In this document: positions 1-9,093 of the stretch, one piece after another
Position numbering within the stretch: the stretch's first letter is position 1
Layout: every line of letters starts with the position of its first letter
Origin: a virus
Length of the DNA stretch: 64,000 nt
IMG/VR virus record: IMGVR_UViG_3300050011_000542
Location: 31,217-95,216 of that record
Reading direction: 5' to 3' (one strand)
Notes under the pieces: model-generated
The model's input: the letters and a program-made list of their open reading frames with translations, nothing else
Database searches by the model: none
What the model was told of the DNA's origin: nothing
Position numbers and translations under genes: made by a program

Positions 1-126
1 GGCGTGCTGTATGATGTCCACCAGGTAGCTCATCACCTGGCGGGGCGGTTGTCGACTCGTGAAGTTATGCCGGCGTACTGCAGACGCCCTTCTACCGTGT
101 GGTTGCGACACACAAGCAAAATCTAA
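1..126 (+). CDS. 3' end of tail assembly protein K (NlpC/P60), partial
   Basis: Frame 1 reads GVLYDVHQVAHHLAGRLSTRE...VWLRHTSKI*. The HHL-GRLS-RE..LRH pattern matches the lambda gpK C-terminus, and the gene lies upstream of I and J. Confidence 0.65.
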   Translation, partial: GVLYDVHQVAHHLAGRLSTREVMPAYCRRPSTVWLRHTSKI

Positions 127-127
127 T

Positions 128-141
128 TGCAATCAATTGCA
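128..141. repeat. 14-bp palindrome TGCAATYRATTGCA (first of ~30 dispersed copies)
   Basis: Exact copies at 128, 11523, 14566, 23501, 29768, 36994, 38825, 40269, 42687, 46580, 47699, 49156, 49716, 50557, 52743, 52894, 53221, 53740, 56617, 58031, 61486. Copies with 1-2 mismatches at 1864, 3691, 6628, 26365, 27733, 32397, 44181, 44655, 50320, 55108. Confidence 0.95.
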
Positions 142-187
142 CTGAGTTTTACGCTCGCCCAGAGGTTTCTTGTGGGAGGGCGTAGTT

Positions 188-589
188 ATGCGTAAGGTCG
201 CTATTTTAATCTGCTGTTTTGCTATTTTCAGCTCAGCGAAAGCTGCCGATAAGATCATGAGAGATCACGATGCTGATAAATTCATCACATCTGACTTCAC
301 AGTGCTGTGTGAATCGGCATTTTCACTGACTGAAGCCACTAAAGCTGCATCTAAAAGAGATAGTAATTGGCTCAAGCAGCTAAATTGTGTTAAGGCCGAC
401 GCGGGTCTAGAAGTTACATTGGTAGAACCAGTTACCTGGTTCTTAAGCGATTTAACAATTCCATGGAAAGTCCGGGCTCCCACAAAAGACGGTAAAGGAG
501 TTACGGTTTACGTCGATCATTCTGAACTTAGATGGCCTGACGGTAATTACATACACCCAAGCGCAAGCGAAGCTACTAAGCCTCAATGA
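188..589 (+). CDS. secreted hypothetical protein (moron)
   Basis: Signal peptide MRKVAILICCFAIFSSAKA; AT-richer than flanks; inserted between K and I. Confidence 0.6.
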   Translation: MRKVAILICCFAIFSSAKAADKIMRDHDADKFITSDFTVLCESAFSLTEATKAASKRDSNWLKQLNCVKADAGLEVTLVEPVTWFLSDLTIPWKVRAPTKDGKGVTVYVDHSELRWPDGNYIHPSASEATKPQ

Positions 590-596
590 AATTGAA

Positions 597-992
597 TTAA
601 ATAAGTCGATTAGAGATCACGTATTTATGGGCTATCTCGAACGAAGCCTCGTCTCCAATAATGATAAGGTTGTGTATTAGACGGGTTTCTAAATAGACAT
701 TTTTGCGAGCCTTGAAATTAAGTACGAGCATTTTCGGGGTACTGCGAACGATAGTTGCCTTAACGGCAATGCGCGGCTCAATCTTCTTTTGACGTGCCTG
801 GGGCCGCCACGGCGTATTTTCAGAACTGGCTCTCATAAGGCGCAGGCCCCGTCTATCTTCTCGGCCATCGTTATCTGTCAACCATCGCCATAGATGTACG
901 CTGTATCCGACGATAAAAACCATGGCTACTACGGCCAGGGCGTACCACGTGAAGAAGTCGTCCACAGCCTTGCCTCCCCCTGCTGTGGCCAA
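597..992 (-). CDS. membrane protein with C-terminal ~55-aa beta-rich domain shared with RuvB C-terminus and ORF 53538
   Basis: TM segment WYALAVVAMVFIVGYSV; C-terminus ATIVRSTPKMLVLNFKARKNVYLE...KYVISNRL. Confidence 0.65.
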   Translation of the reverse strand: MATAGGGKAVDDFFTWYALAVVAMVFIVGYSVHLWRWLTDNDGREDRRGLRLMRASSENTPWRPQARQKKIEPRIAVKATIVRSTPKMLVLNFKARKNVYLETRLIHNLIIIGDEASFEIAHKYVISNRLI

Positions 993-1148
993 GCCTATAG
1001 GTTGTGGTGGTAGGTTGCAAAGTGCCTTCGACGACTTTAGTAATCACATGACATGCACACAGAACACTAATGCTATAACCTAACTATACTGCTCACGTAC
1101 TCCAGATACGATCGGTTTGGTCAAAACAAACCAACTGGAGTAAGTAAG

Positions 1149-1331
1149 ATGTCTGTAGGAGAATTGATCGACAGCCTCTCCATGATCGGAGATCAGTCTT
1201 TACCAGTTTTCTTAGACAGTGGGTGTGACTGCTCTGTAGTCTTAACCGACCGGGGCGTGTTGCTGGAGGATGACAGCCCTGAATGGATGGGAGCTTGCTC
1301 CAAGTCCATGTTCTTTGCTCTTCACGCTTAG
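1149..1331 (+). CDS. hypothetical protein
   Basis: GGAG RBS; MSVGELIDSL start typical of small phage proteins. Confidence 0.5.
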   Translation: MSVGELIDSLSMIGDQSLPVFLDSGCDCSVVLTDRGVLLEDDSPEWMGACSKSMFFALHA

Positions 1332-1340
1332 GAGGGCGAT

Positions 1341-1859
1341 GTGAAAAAGCAAAAATGGATTGATCGCCTAGGCGAGCTGGTGAAGCTACAGCATCAGGTA
1401 TACCTGGACATGGGCGAAGCTCTCAAAGAGGTGAGGGCGAGAACCTCGTCTTATGAGTACGCTGAAATCCTGACTCGGTTGGGGCTCAGCTATCGGCGAG
1501 CCAGATATTTTATCATCCTGTATGAGACGGCTGAGCGGCTTGAGATCACCCGAGAGGACAGCCTGCAACTAGGCTGGACCAAGTTCTCTATCATCGCCCC
1601 GATCCTGACGGCTAGTAACAAGGATGCTTGGGTCGAGACTGCCAGGGCCACAACCGTATTAGAACTTCGAGCCTTGGTACGTAAAGCTCTCGGGGAAATC
1701 GACGGTGGTGAGATAGGCGTCTCCTTCGTGCTCACGAAAAATCAGGAAGCTCGCTTGTTTAATGCCTTGGTACAGGCCGGAGCGGTGCAGCACGGCTGCG
1801 GTCTGCTGTTCAAAGGGGAGGCTTTGGACGTTATTATCTCTGACTGGCTAGGGACGTAG
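1341..1859 (+). CDS. putative DNA-binding protein (DUF3102-like), paralog of 38906..40207
   Basis: MGEALKEV..LGLSYRRARYF..LGWTKF aligns with LGGYLTQM..LELSYRTARYM..MGWSKL. Confidence 0.65.
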   Translation: MKKQKWIDRLGELVKLQHQVYLDMGEALKEVRARTSSYEYAEILTRLGLSYRRARYFIILYETAERLEITREDSLQLGWTKFSIIAPILTASNKDAWVETARATTVLELRALVRKALGEIDGGEIGVSFVLTKNQEARLFNALVQAGAVQHGCGLLFKGEALDVIISDWLGT

Positions 1860-1880
1860 GCGTTGCACTTGATTGCAATG

Positions 1881-1904
1881 AACACGACCACGGAGGGTTG
1901 TGTT
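1881..1904 (+). promoter_or_regulatory. GGA-loop RBS hairpin (example of ~35)
   Basis: AACACGACC-ACGGAG-GGTTGTGTT: 9-bp stem, SD in the loop, GTG start of gene I in the stem. Confidence 0.8.
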
Positions 1905-2538
1905 GCGGGACGTAGTGCTCCACGGATTCCTTAAGGATAAGTACGGTGGACCGTTTCGCTTAAATGCGAATACGCCACGACAAGTTGTGTCTTTGCTGTC
2001 GGCCAATTTCCCAGAGTTCGACCAAGACATCAGGCAGGGCCACTATCGAGTGGTTCGAGGCGATTTCGACACCGGCATGGAACTGACTGTCGACTTGCTT
2101 GGTATGAGCCTGGGCAACGCTACGTTGCACCTCGAACCCATTATCGAAGGCGCGGCCTCGGGGTCAGGCAAGGGCATCGCCAAGGCTGTGATCGGCGTAG
2201 CGCTTATTGCTGCAGCGGTCTTTCAGCCAGAATTTCTCGGGTTCGGAGCAAGTGGCCTAAGTGTCTTTGGAACAGGGCTATCGATCCCAGCTGCCAGCAT
2301 CGGCATGTTTGGCCTTGCCTTGGCGGTTAGCGGCGTGGCCCAGGCCATCTCACCGACCCCGACAGGTAAGGTAGACCCCCACGCCTCATTCCTGTTTGGT
2401 TCGATCCAAAACATAACCCAGCAGGGCAGCTCAATCCCCCTGACCTACGGTCGTATCCGAGTGGGCTCTATCATGATTTCGGCTGACATCCAGACCACTG
2501 ACGACATTCAAGACACCCCTGGGTTCACCACGAAATGA
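1900..2538 (+). CDS. tail assembly protein I (lambda gpI-like)
   Basis: V-LHGFLKDKYG, P-IEGA, hydrophobic helix, QQG-SIPLTYG-IRVGS-MIS motifs. Confidence 0.9.
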   Translation: MLRDVVLHGFLKDKYGGPFRLNANTPRQVVSLLSANFPEFDQDIRQGHYRVVRGDFDTGMELTVDLLGMSLGNATLHLEPIIEGAASGSGKGIAKAVIGVALIAAAVFQPEFLGFGASGLSVFGTGLSIPAASIGMFGLALAVSGVAQAISPTPTGKVDPHASFLFGSIQNITQQGSSIPLTYGRIRVGSIMISADIQTTDDIQDTPGFTTK

Positions 2539-5500
2539 CCTCGAAAATCATCGACTTTACCGAGGTCGACGGCGTATTTGTCGAAGGCAGCAAGGGCAGC
2601 AGCAAGAGCGGCGGCGGTAATTCCCCAGGTGTGTCTTCGAGTGGCGGTATCGAAGCCCCGAATACGCTGCAGAACAATACTTTTGCTGTTTGCGTAGACC
2701 TTATCGGGGAAGGCCCTATCCTGGGCTTGTACGACTCTGTGATTACGGCCCTGGGGGGTGGTAACGGAAGCGGGGCCAAGTCGGTTTACTTTAACAATGT
2801 GCCGTTTGTATCGCCCATCGGGGATCAGAATTTCTTCGGGGCAATCTTTGGCTTTCGTAATGGCGTGCCCGGCCAGGACGTAATGCCTGGAGTGGTGACC
2901 GCCTCTAATGAGGTTTCGGTCAATACCAACGTCACTCAGACGGTCGGCCCGATTGTCAGGACGGTCACGGATAGCACCGTCACGGCGGTACGGGTTACGA
3001 TTGAAATTCCGGCGCTTTATCATTTGGTTACAGGCACTGGCGATGTCACAGGCACAGACCTAGAAATCACCGTCGAAATCCAGACCGGAGGCGGTGCCTA
3101 CGCCAACGTCATTACCGACTCGATAGTTAATCAGAAATGTACCAGTCCTTATGAGCGCAGCTATACGATCGCTCTGGGAGACGGGTCGGTAGGCAGTGGC
3201 CCTTGGAACATCAGGGTTACTCGCATCACCCCAGACAGCACCGACAGCAACCTGGTCAATGCTTTTGCCTGGGCCGGCTACACCGAAATAACTTCTGGAA
3301 ATTTCCCGTACCCTAATTGCGCTGTCATAGCCACCAGCTTTAATGCTCAGTTGTTCGGTACGCAGGTGCCTACCCGTAGTTTTGACGTGCTAGGTTTGAT
3401 CGTCGATATACCGTCCAATTATGATCCGGTTGCTCATGTCTATACGGGTGTTTGGGATGGTACATTTATTCAAGGTTGGACGAACAACCCTGTCTGGGTG
3501 CTGCTAGACCTCTTGCTGAATCCTCGCTACGGCCTGGGCCAGCGGGTGTCGCTAGACAACATCGACATCGGTAGCTTCTACTTGGCGGCGCAATACTGCG
3601 ATGTGCAAATTCCAGACGGTAAAGGTGGCCTGGAGTTTCGCTACACCTTCAATGGTCAGATCACCCAGCAGAACGACGCTTACAAAGTGCTGCAATCGGT
3701 TGCATCGAGTTTCCGGGGCATTTTGTTTTGGACCAACGGCACGGTTTACCTCAAGGCGGATATGCCGACCCTGCCAGTTGCCCTGGTCGCCCCGGCCAAT
3801 GTTATAGACGGCAAATTCACTTATAGTGGTTCGGCCCTGAAGTCGCGCCATACCGCCGCCCTGGTGACTTTCAAAGACCCGCTCAACAACTACGATGACA
3901 CGGTAGAGTTTGTCGTCGATAACCCAGGCATTCAAGAACTAGGCTATCGCCAGATTAACATCGTTGCTTTCGGTTGTACCTCGCGGGGCCAAGCTCATCG
4001 CTTCGGGGCCTGGATACTCGATACTGAAAGAACCCAGACTGAGACTGTCGTTTATCAGGCGTCTTTCGATCAGTGCTTCTTAAAGCCTGGTGATGTTGTT
4101 TACATTGCTGACCCAGCTTATTCCGGGGCGCGCTACGGCGGCCGTATCGTCAACTACGTGAATAGCGGTGGCACCGACCTAGTAACCATCGACCAGACCC
4201 TGAACCTCGACGGAAATCAGACCTATCAGCTGCAATTCGTTAAGCAGGATCAAACTATGATCCCGCTAACCACCATTCTCAATCCTGGTGGTACGTGGAA
4301 CGTAATGACGATTGCTGCCCAGGGCCTGTCGCCTCTAAAGAACGCGATGTGGATGATCACATCGTCCAATCTACAGCCCCGGCAGTTCCAGGTACAAAGC
4401 CTGCGTGAAGTTTCGCGTGGCATCATCGAAATCACGGCCCTGTTCTATGACCCTAACAAGTTTGCTCGTGTCGAAGAAGGCGTCACTGTTACTACGCCGG
4501 TTTATACGAATTTCCCGGTTACGCCTCCGGTGCCGCCTTCAAACCTCTCTGTCATAGAGTCAGACTACATCGCCAATGGCGTAGCGGTAAGCCGACTCAC
4601 TTTTGGCTGGTCGCCTTCGACAGACGTGCTGGCCTTCAAATACGGCGTGTACTACGAAGACCCGAGCCATCAGGTTGTAAACCTACCTCTGACTTCACAA
4701 TTTGCTATTTCGGTCGATCCGGCTCAGCTCGGTCCGTACACATTCAATGTGTTCTGCTTGACCACGGACGGCAGGCAGTCGATCGTCTCTGCAATCACAG
4801 TTACCTGCACGGGAAAGTCGACGGCCCCGGCCCCGCCAAGCGGTATTACGCTATTCGGAGGATCACACCAGATCACCATCAAGTGGGTGATCCCGCCTAA
4901 CCTGGATTATGCCTATACCGAAGTCTGGGCTTCCCAGACTAATGACATCGCAACTGTTACATTGATAGGACTGGCGGCTGCCGGATCGTTCATTTTCACT
5001 GGCCTGGCCAATAGTGCGACTTGGTATTTCTGGTTGAAGTCGGTTGACCAGTCCGGCAATCATAGTGCGTTTACCTCGCCGTCAGTTCATGCGACCACGG
5101 TTTACCTGATCGCCGACGATATTGCTGACGCCTTGCTAACTACGGCGGCCTTCGCCCAAAGCATTAAAGCCCCGGCAGTTGTAAACGGTCTGCCAAATCC
5201 GCTAACCTGGGGCGGTAATACCTTCGTCTACAACACCTTGGACGGTAAGCTCTATAACCTGATATCGGGGGCTTGGGTTAAGATCTACTCGGACAATAAC
5301 TCGACCACTATGACCAACCTCAATGCTGCGTTCTTCAGCTTGGGAATCAACATTCCGGCAGTGGTAACCAGCCTTCCTGTGACCGGCACTGAAGGCCAGA
5401 CAGTTACTCTGACCACAGATGGCAAGCTTTATCGCTGGCATAGCGGAGCTTGGACGGTTACCACTGACGGCGTTGATATAGCTGCCAGGTCGATCGCAGC

Positions 5501-6374
5501 AAACAAGCTTATTGTTGGCACAATCACTGCTAATGAGATTGCTGCGAACACGATTACAGCTGGCCTCATCGCAGCCAATACCATTACCGCAGGTCAGATC
5601 GCTGCCGGTGCAATCGGGGCGGCCCAGATTGCCGCCGGGTCGATTAGAGGCACAAACATAGCCTCGAATACCATCACTGGCGATTTGATAGAAGCCAATA
5701 CGATTGATTGTATCTCGCTAAAGAGTTCAACCATATCGTCGGTAGATATATTTGTAGGTAACCCTAATGGATCTGCGTATATCAAGCTACATGCCCTGGA
5801 CGACGGCAACGGCTGGGGTCCATATATGGAAGTTGTCGATGCCAATAGCATTGTAAGAGTAGCAATCGGGCGTATCGCGGGAGACTACGGTATCTTTATT
5901 GCTGACCATTTTGGTAGCCCAGTCCTCTTGGAGACTGGCGTTTTAGGAAACGACATCGTTGGTTTCGGTCAAATCATCAACGGTAACGTCAATACCAATC
6001 ATCTAGCTATCTCTACTGTTACCAATGTAGCTTCTGATGTCAGTGCTAGTGGTGTCACTACGTCGTCTTGGGTGTCTTTCTCCAGTGTAACACTGAGTTT
6101 TTCTGGGCAAAACGCCCTCGTTATGTTTTCCGCTATAAGTGATTACAACAATAATGGATCGGCAATATATCTTCTTAATGGGCGTATTGTGTTGGACGGA
6201 AGCACTGTAGTTTGGTCAGGGGTTGTTACATCCGGATCTCCTATTGTCGGGTCAGTTAGTGTGCCTGGTATTTCTGGCAGTCATACTTTCGATTTTGAAC
6301 TGCAGAACGGCTCTACAGGTATAGCTATCGTCGTACATACCGTCAGCATGATTGTTATGGATGCAAAACGATGA
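2535..6374 (+). CDS. tail tip / host specificity protein J (TipJ) with FN3 domains
   Basis: DLIGEGPI-GL, YTGVWDGTF..WTNNPVWVLLDLL, GCTSRGQAHRFG-W motifs; C-terminal ITANEIAAN repeats. Confidence 0.95.
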   Translation: MTSKIIDFTEVDGVFVEGSKGSSKSGGGNSPGVSSSGGIEAPNTLQNNTFAVCVDLIGEGPILGLYDSVITALGGGNGSGAKSVYFNNVPFVSPIGDQNFFGAIFGFRNGVPGQDVMPGVVTASNEVSVNTNVTQTVGPIVRTVTDSTVTAVRVTIEIPALYHLVTGTGDVTGTDLEITVEIQTGGGAYANVITDSIVNQKCTSPYERSYTIALGDGSVGSGPWNIRVTRITPDSTDSNLVNAFAWAGYTEITSGNFPYPNCAVIATSFNAQLFGTQVPTRSFDVLGLIVDIPSNYDPVAHVYTGVWDGTFIQGWTNNPVWVLLDLLLNPRYGLGQRVSLDNIDIGSFYLAAQYCDVQIPDGKGGLEFRYTFNGQITQQNDAYKVLQSVASSFRGILFWTNGTVYLKADMPTLPVALVAPANVIDGKFTYSGSALKSRHTAALVTFKDPLNNYDDTVEFVVDNPGIQELGYRQINIVAFGCTSRGQAHRFGAWILDTERTQTETVVYQASFDQCFLKPGDVVYIADPAYSGARYGGRIVNYVNSGGTDLVTIDQTLNLDGNQTYQLQFVKQDQTMIPLTTILNPGGTWNVMTIAAQGLSPLKNAMWMITSSNLQPRQFQVQSLREVSRGIIEITALFYDPNKFARVEEGVTVTTPVYTNFPVTPPVPPSNLSVIESDYIANGVAVSRLTFGWSPSTDVLAFKYGVYYEDPSHQVVNLPLTSQFAISVDPAQLGPYTFNVFCLTTDGRQSIVSAITVTCTGKSTAPAPPSGITLFGGSHQITIKWVIPPNLDYAYTEVWASQTNDIATVTLIGLAAAGSFIFTGLANSATWYFWLKSVDQSGNHSAFTSPSVHATTVYLIADDIADALLTTAAFAQSIKAPAVVNGLPNPLTWGGNTFVYNTLDGKLYNLISGAWVKIYSDNNSTTMTNLNAAFFSLGINIPAVVTSLPVTGTEGQTVTLTTDGKLYRWHSGAWTVTTDGVDIAARSIAANKLIVGTITANEIAANTITAGLIAANTITAGQIAAGAIGAAQIAAGSIRGTNIASNTITGDLIEANTIDCISLKSSTISSVDIFVGNPNGSAYIKLHALDDGNGWGPYMEVVDANSIVRVAIGRIAGDYGIFIADHFGSPVLLETGVLGNDIVGFGQIINGNVNTNHLAISTVTNVASDVSASGVTTSSWVSFSSVTLSFSGQNALVMFSAISDYNNNGSAIYLLNGRIVLDGSTVVWSGVVTSGSPIVGSVSVPGISGSHTFDFELQNGSTGIAIVVHTVSMIVMDAKR

Positions 6375-6586
6375 GTAATGAAATGCCACCTGTTGTTAAG
6401 CAGGTTAATTATGTGTTGGTTGACGGCTCTGGAGCAATCACTCGGGCCGGGCACTGTCTGGAAAGTAATTTAGAGCTAAAGCCTATACCAGCGGGGCTGT
6501 CTCTGATCCAGACAGACCAGATGCTGCACCCGCCGTCTTGGTCACAGTACCAGGCCGTAGACGGAGTTATCACCAAGATCGCCTAA
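6371..6586 (+). CDS. small tail-associated hypothetical protein
   Basis: ATGA coupling to J. Confidence 0.55.
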   Translation: MSNEMPPVVKQVNYVLVDGSGAITRAGHCLESNLELKPIPAGLSLIQTDQMLHPPSWSQYQAVDGVITKIA

Positions 6587-6658
6587 ATCGCCGCCGTTTT
6601 AAGGATGTGAGCACGGGATAGCCCCGTTGCAACTGATTGCAGCTCGGAGGCCCTCATC

Positions 6659-7096
6659 ATGGCGGATAACAATCCGAAGGAAGTCCCCCCGCGTTATTGG
6701 GTAGACCCCGGAGCTCCGGTAGAACACGAGCGCCCAGATCATAGAAATGAAATGAAGCGAGATTGGGTTGGTTATGTCATCCAGTCTGTAGCTATCTGTT
6801 TTACCGTCGTCGCAGCTATTTTTGTTTACTCCTGGCACATCGATGCACGGTTCGATGACCTGTCTCATAAATGGGACAACAGATTTGGCGAACACACTGG
6901 TTTGATTTCTTCTCTGCAGACGCAACAGGCCACGCTGCAGGCCCAGCAACTCGGGTTACAGCATCAGTTCGAAACTGCCGAAACCAGGCACAATAGCTTT
7001 GAAGGCGAAGTATCGCGCAAGCTTGATTCAGGCATGAACCAACTGGGTACGATTGCCACGGATCTGGCGCTTCTCCGCAAGGAGATTAAACATTGA
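6659..7096 (+). CDS. membrane-anchored coiled-coil protein (i-spanin-like)
   Basis: Single TM followed by a Gln/Leu coiled coil; overlaps the downstream lipoprotein gene. Confidence 0.5.
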   Translation: MADNNPKEVPPRYWVDPGAPVEHERPDHRNEMKRDWVGYVIQSVAICFTVVAAIFVYSWHIDARFDDLSHKWDNRFGEHTGLISSLQTQQATLQAQQLGLQHQFETAETRHNSFEGEVSRKLDSGMNQLGTIATDLALLRKEIKH

Positions 7097-7335
7097 AAAT
7101 TTTCCTAGCGCCGGTCCTTGTCGGGCTCTTGCTAGGAGCCTGCGCCGCCGACCGGCCCCGGCCTATCGAAATTAAAGGCCCTCTCGTAGATGGCCCAGTT
7201 GCCGACGCTTCACCTGCGCGCCGAACTGCCCCGTCAAATACCACCGAAACTGATTATCGAATTGATAAGCTTGAGAATTCCGTTCAGCAATTGAAAGACA
7301 CGTTGTCGGCGCCCCCAGCGCCACAAGGCCACTGA
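7093..7335 (+). CDS. Pro-rich lipoprotein (o-spanin-like)
   Basis: Lipobox LLLGAC; Pro-rich mature region. Confidence 0.55.
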   Translation: MKIFLAPVLVGLLLGACAADRPRPIEIKGPLVDGPVADASPARRTAPSNTTETDYRIDKLENSVQQLKDTLSAPPAPQGH

Positions 7336-7351
7336 CCAATGAGGGTCTACC

Positions 7352-8644
7352 TTGCGAGATTTCAAAACTGTAGCTGAAGCCGAGGCGTTTCTTCAGGTCG
7401 CCTCCGAATTCCCCTCCAAGGCTGAATTCGCCAGGCACTTAGGCAAGTCAGTCACTACCGTAAAAGACACGCTGACTAGAGCAAAGCGCCTAGTACAAAA
7501 AGGTGACGAGCCAATCAGGCCGATGCCTGAAGTGCCAGAGGAAGCCGAAGAGCCCAAAATAGACCCTGCTGAACATGAGCGCTTGCGCCGGGCCAATGTT
7601 CGCCTCGAAACCCAGCAGCGCCATCTCACCACTAGGCTGCGCGAGCTCGACCAAGACAATCTGTCGGCCGAGCATGTGCGTGAGGCCATTTTCCATCTCA
7701 AAGCCGAAAGCTCGCTGCCCCCCGATTGGCTGATCGACGACCGTCCCGGTAAGGGTGTGTCTGGAGTTCCTTGCACCATCTGGAGTGACTGGCATCTCGG
7801 GGAAGTAGTCTCTCGGGCCGAGACCAACGGCATCAACGAATTCAACCTGTCGATCGCCGACACACGAATTCGCCGCCTAGTTAGCAGGACGATCGACCTT
7901 TGTTTTAACCACATGACCGGCACTGACTATCCGGGGCTGGTTGTAAACTTGATTGGCGACATCGTTTCCGGCTCGATCCACGACGAGCTGACCCGTACCA
8001 ATGAGATTACTTCTCTGCAGGTGGTTGTCTGGGCCAGGGACCGGATCTGCTGGGCACTGTCACAAATGGCCGACAAGTTCGGCAAAGTGTTCGTGATCGG
8101 CGTCCCCGGAAACCATGGTCGTACCACCAAGCGCATCGAGTCCAAGACCTTCGTCTACCAGAACTACGACTGGCTGATCTACACGCTGTGTGAAGCCTAC
8201 TTCAAAGAGGCCGGAGACGAGCGCGTGCGCTTCTATGTGCCGGTGTCAGGTGACGCTTATTACAATGTCTACTCGCATCGCTACCTGGCGATCCACGGCC
8301 ATGATCTGGGCGTTAAAGGCGGGGACGGCATTATCGGTGCGCTAGGCCCCATCCAACGCGGGGCCATTAAGACGCAGCATAGCTCGTCTCAAGTGCAGCG
8401 TGATTTCGATACCTTGCTGCTGGGCCATTGGCATCAAGAACTATGGCTTCCCAAGGTTTTCGTGAACAATACTCTCAAGGGATTCGACGAATTTGCCCTG
8501 AAATTCCTGCGCGCCCCGGCATCTGCACCGAGCCAATCCCTGTGGTTCACTCACCCTAAGCATGGAATCACCGCCAGGTGGTCCGTTTTCCTTGAGGATC
8601 GTCAGCGCGTAGATAACCCAGAATGGGTGTCCTGGGCGTCCTGA
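7352..8644 (+). CDS. HTH + calcineurin-like metallophosphoesterase
   Basis: SDWH, GDIVSG, GNHGR, HGH and GHWH motifs; N-terminal HTH (KAEFARHLGKSVTTVKD). Confidence 0.85.
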   Translation: MRDFKTVAEAEAFLQVASEFPSKAEFARHLGKSVTTVKDTLTRAKRLVQKGDEPIRPMPEVPEEAEEPKIDPAEHERLRRANVRLETQQRHLTTRLRELDQDNLSAEHVREAIFHLKAESSLPPDWLIDDRPGKGVSGVPCTIWSDWHLGEVVSRAETNGINEFNLSIADTRIRRLVSRTIDLCFNHMTGTDYPGLVVNLIGDIVSGSIHDELTRTNEITSLQVVVWARDRICWALSQMADKFGKVFVIGVPGNHGRTTKRIESKTFVYQNYDWLIYTLCEAYFKEAGDERVRFYVPVSGDAYYNVYSHRYLAIHGHDLGVKGGDGIIGALGPIQRGAIKTQHSSSQVQRDFDTLLLGHWHQELWLPKVFVNNTLKGFDEFALKFLRAPASAPSQSLWFTHPKHGITARWSVFLEDRQRVDNPEWVSWAS

Positions 8645-8667
8645 TCTGCTGAACAGGAACGCACCCC

Positions 8668-9093
8668 ATGGCGTTAGATGTTGCCGGCACACAAGCCCAG
8701 AAATGGATGGCCGGTGACGGGACCGGGGCCAGTGTTGGCGACCCGCTTATCCAGTCGATCGAAATTAATGGCGTAACCGACCAGGACGGCCTGGCGATTA
8801 AAGCCAGCTCGATCAACATCATCGATTTCAGTTTCACTTGCAACGGCAGCTGGCAGCACATCCTGACGGCCCAGGCCACCCGCAAGTATATGAAGATCCA
8901 GAACATCGGCACGGCCCTGATTGGCTGGGCCATTAACGATCTTACCAGTGCCAAGACGCCGCCTTGCCTCAGTGCAGTGACGCTTTATCCGGGTGGCTCC
9001 GAGAACAGCGACGGCTCGTCTTTCCATCACGGCGATGTGTGGATTAAAGGGCCGAGCGGCACCCCGGTCACCGTATTTTCGGATGTCGCCTAA
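8668..9093 (+). CDS. hypothetical virion-type protein
   Basis: Beta-rich, TRKYMKIQNIG motif; coupled to the fibre gene. Confidence 0.55.
   Translation: MALDVAGTQAQKWMAGDGTGASVGDPLIQSIEINGVTDQDGLAIKASSINIIDFSFTCNGSWQHILTAQATRKYMKIQNIGTALIGWAINDLTSAKTPPCLSAVTLYPGGSENSDGSSFHHGDVWIKGPSGTPVTVFSDVA

Noticed and set aside
465-480. GGAAAGTCCGGGCTCC, identical to the conserved 5' motif of bacterial RNase P RNA
   Set aside because: It lies inside an intact ORF (PWKVRAP), and the other universal RNase P motifs (AGTGCAACAGA, 3' AACCCGGCTTA) are absent downstream; treated as coincidence.
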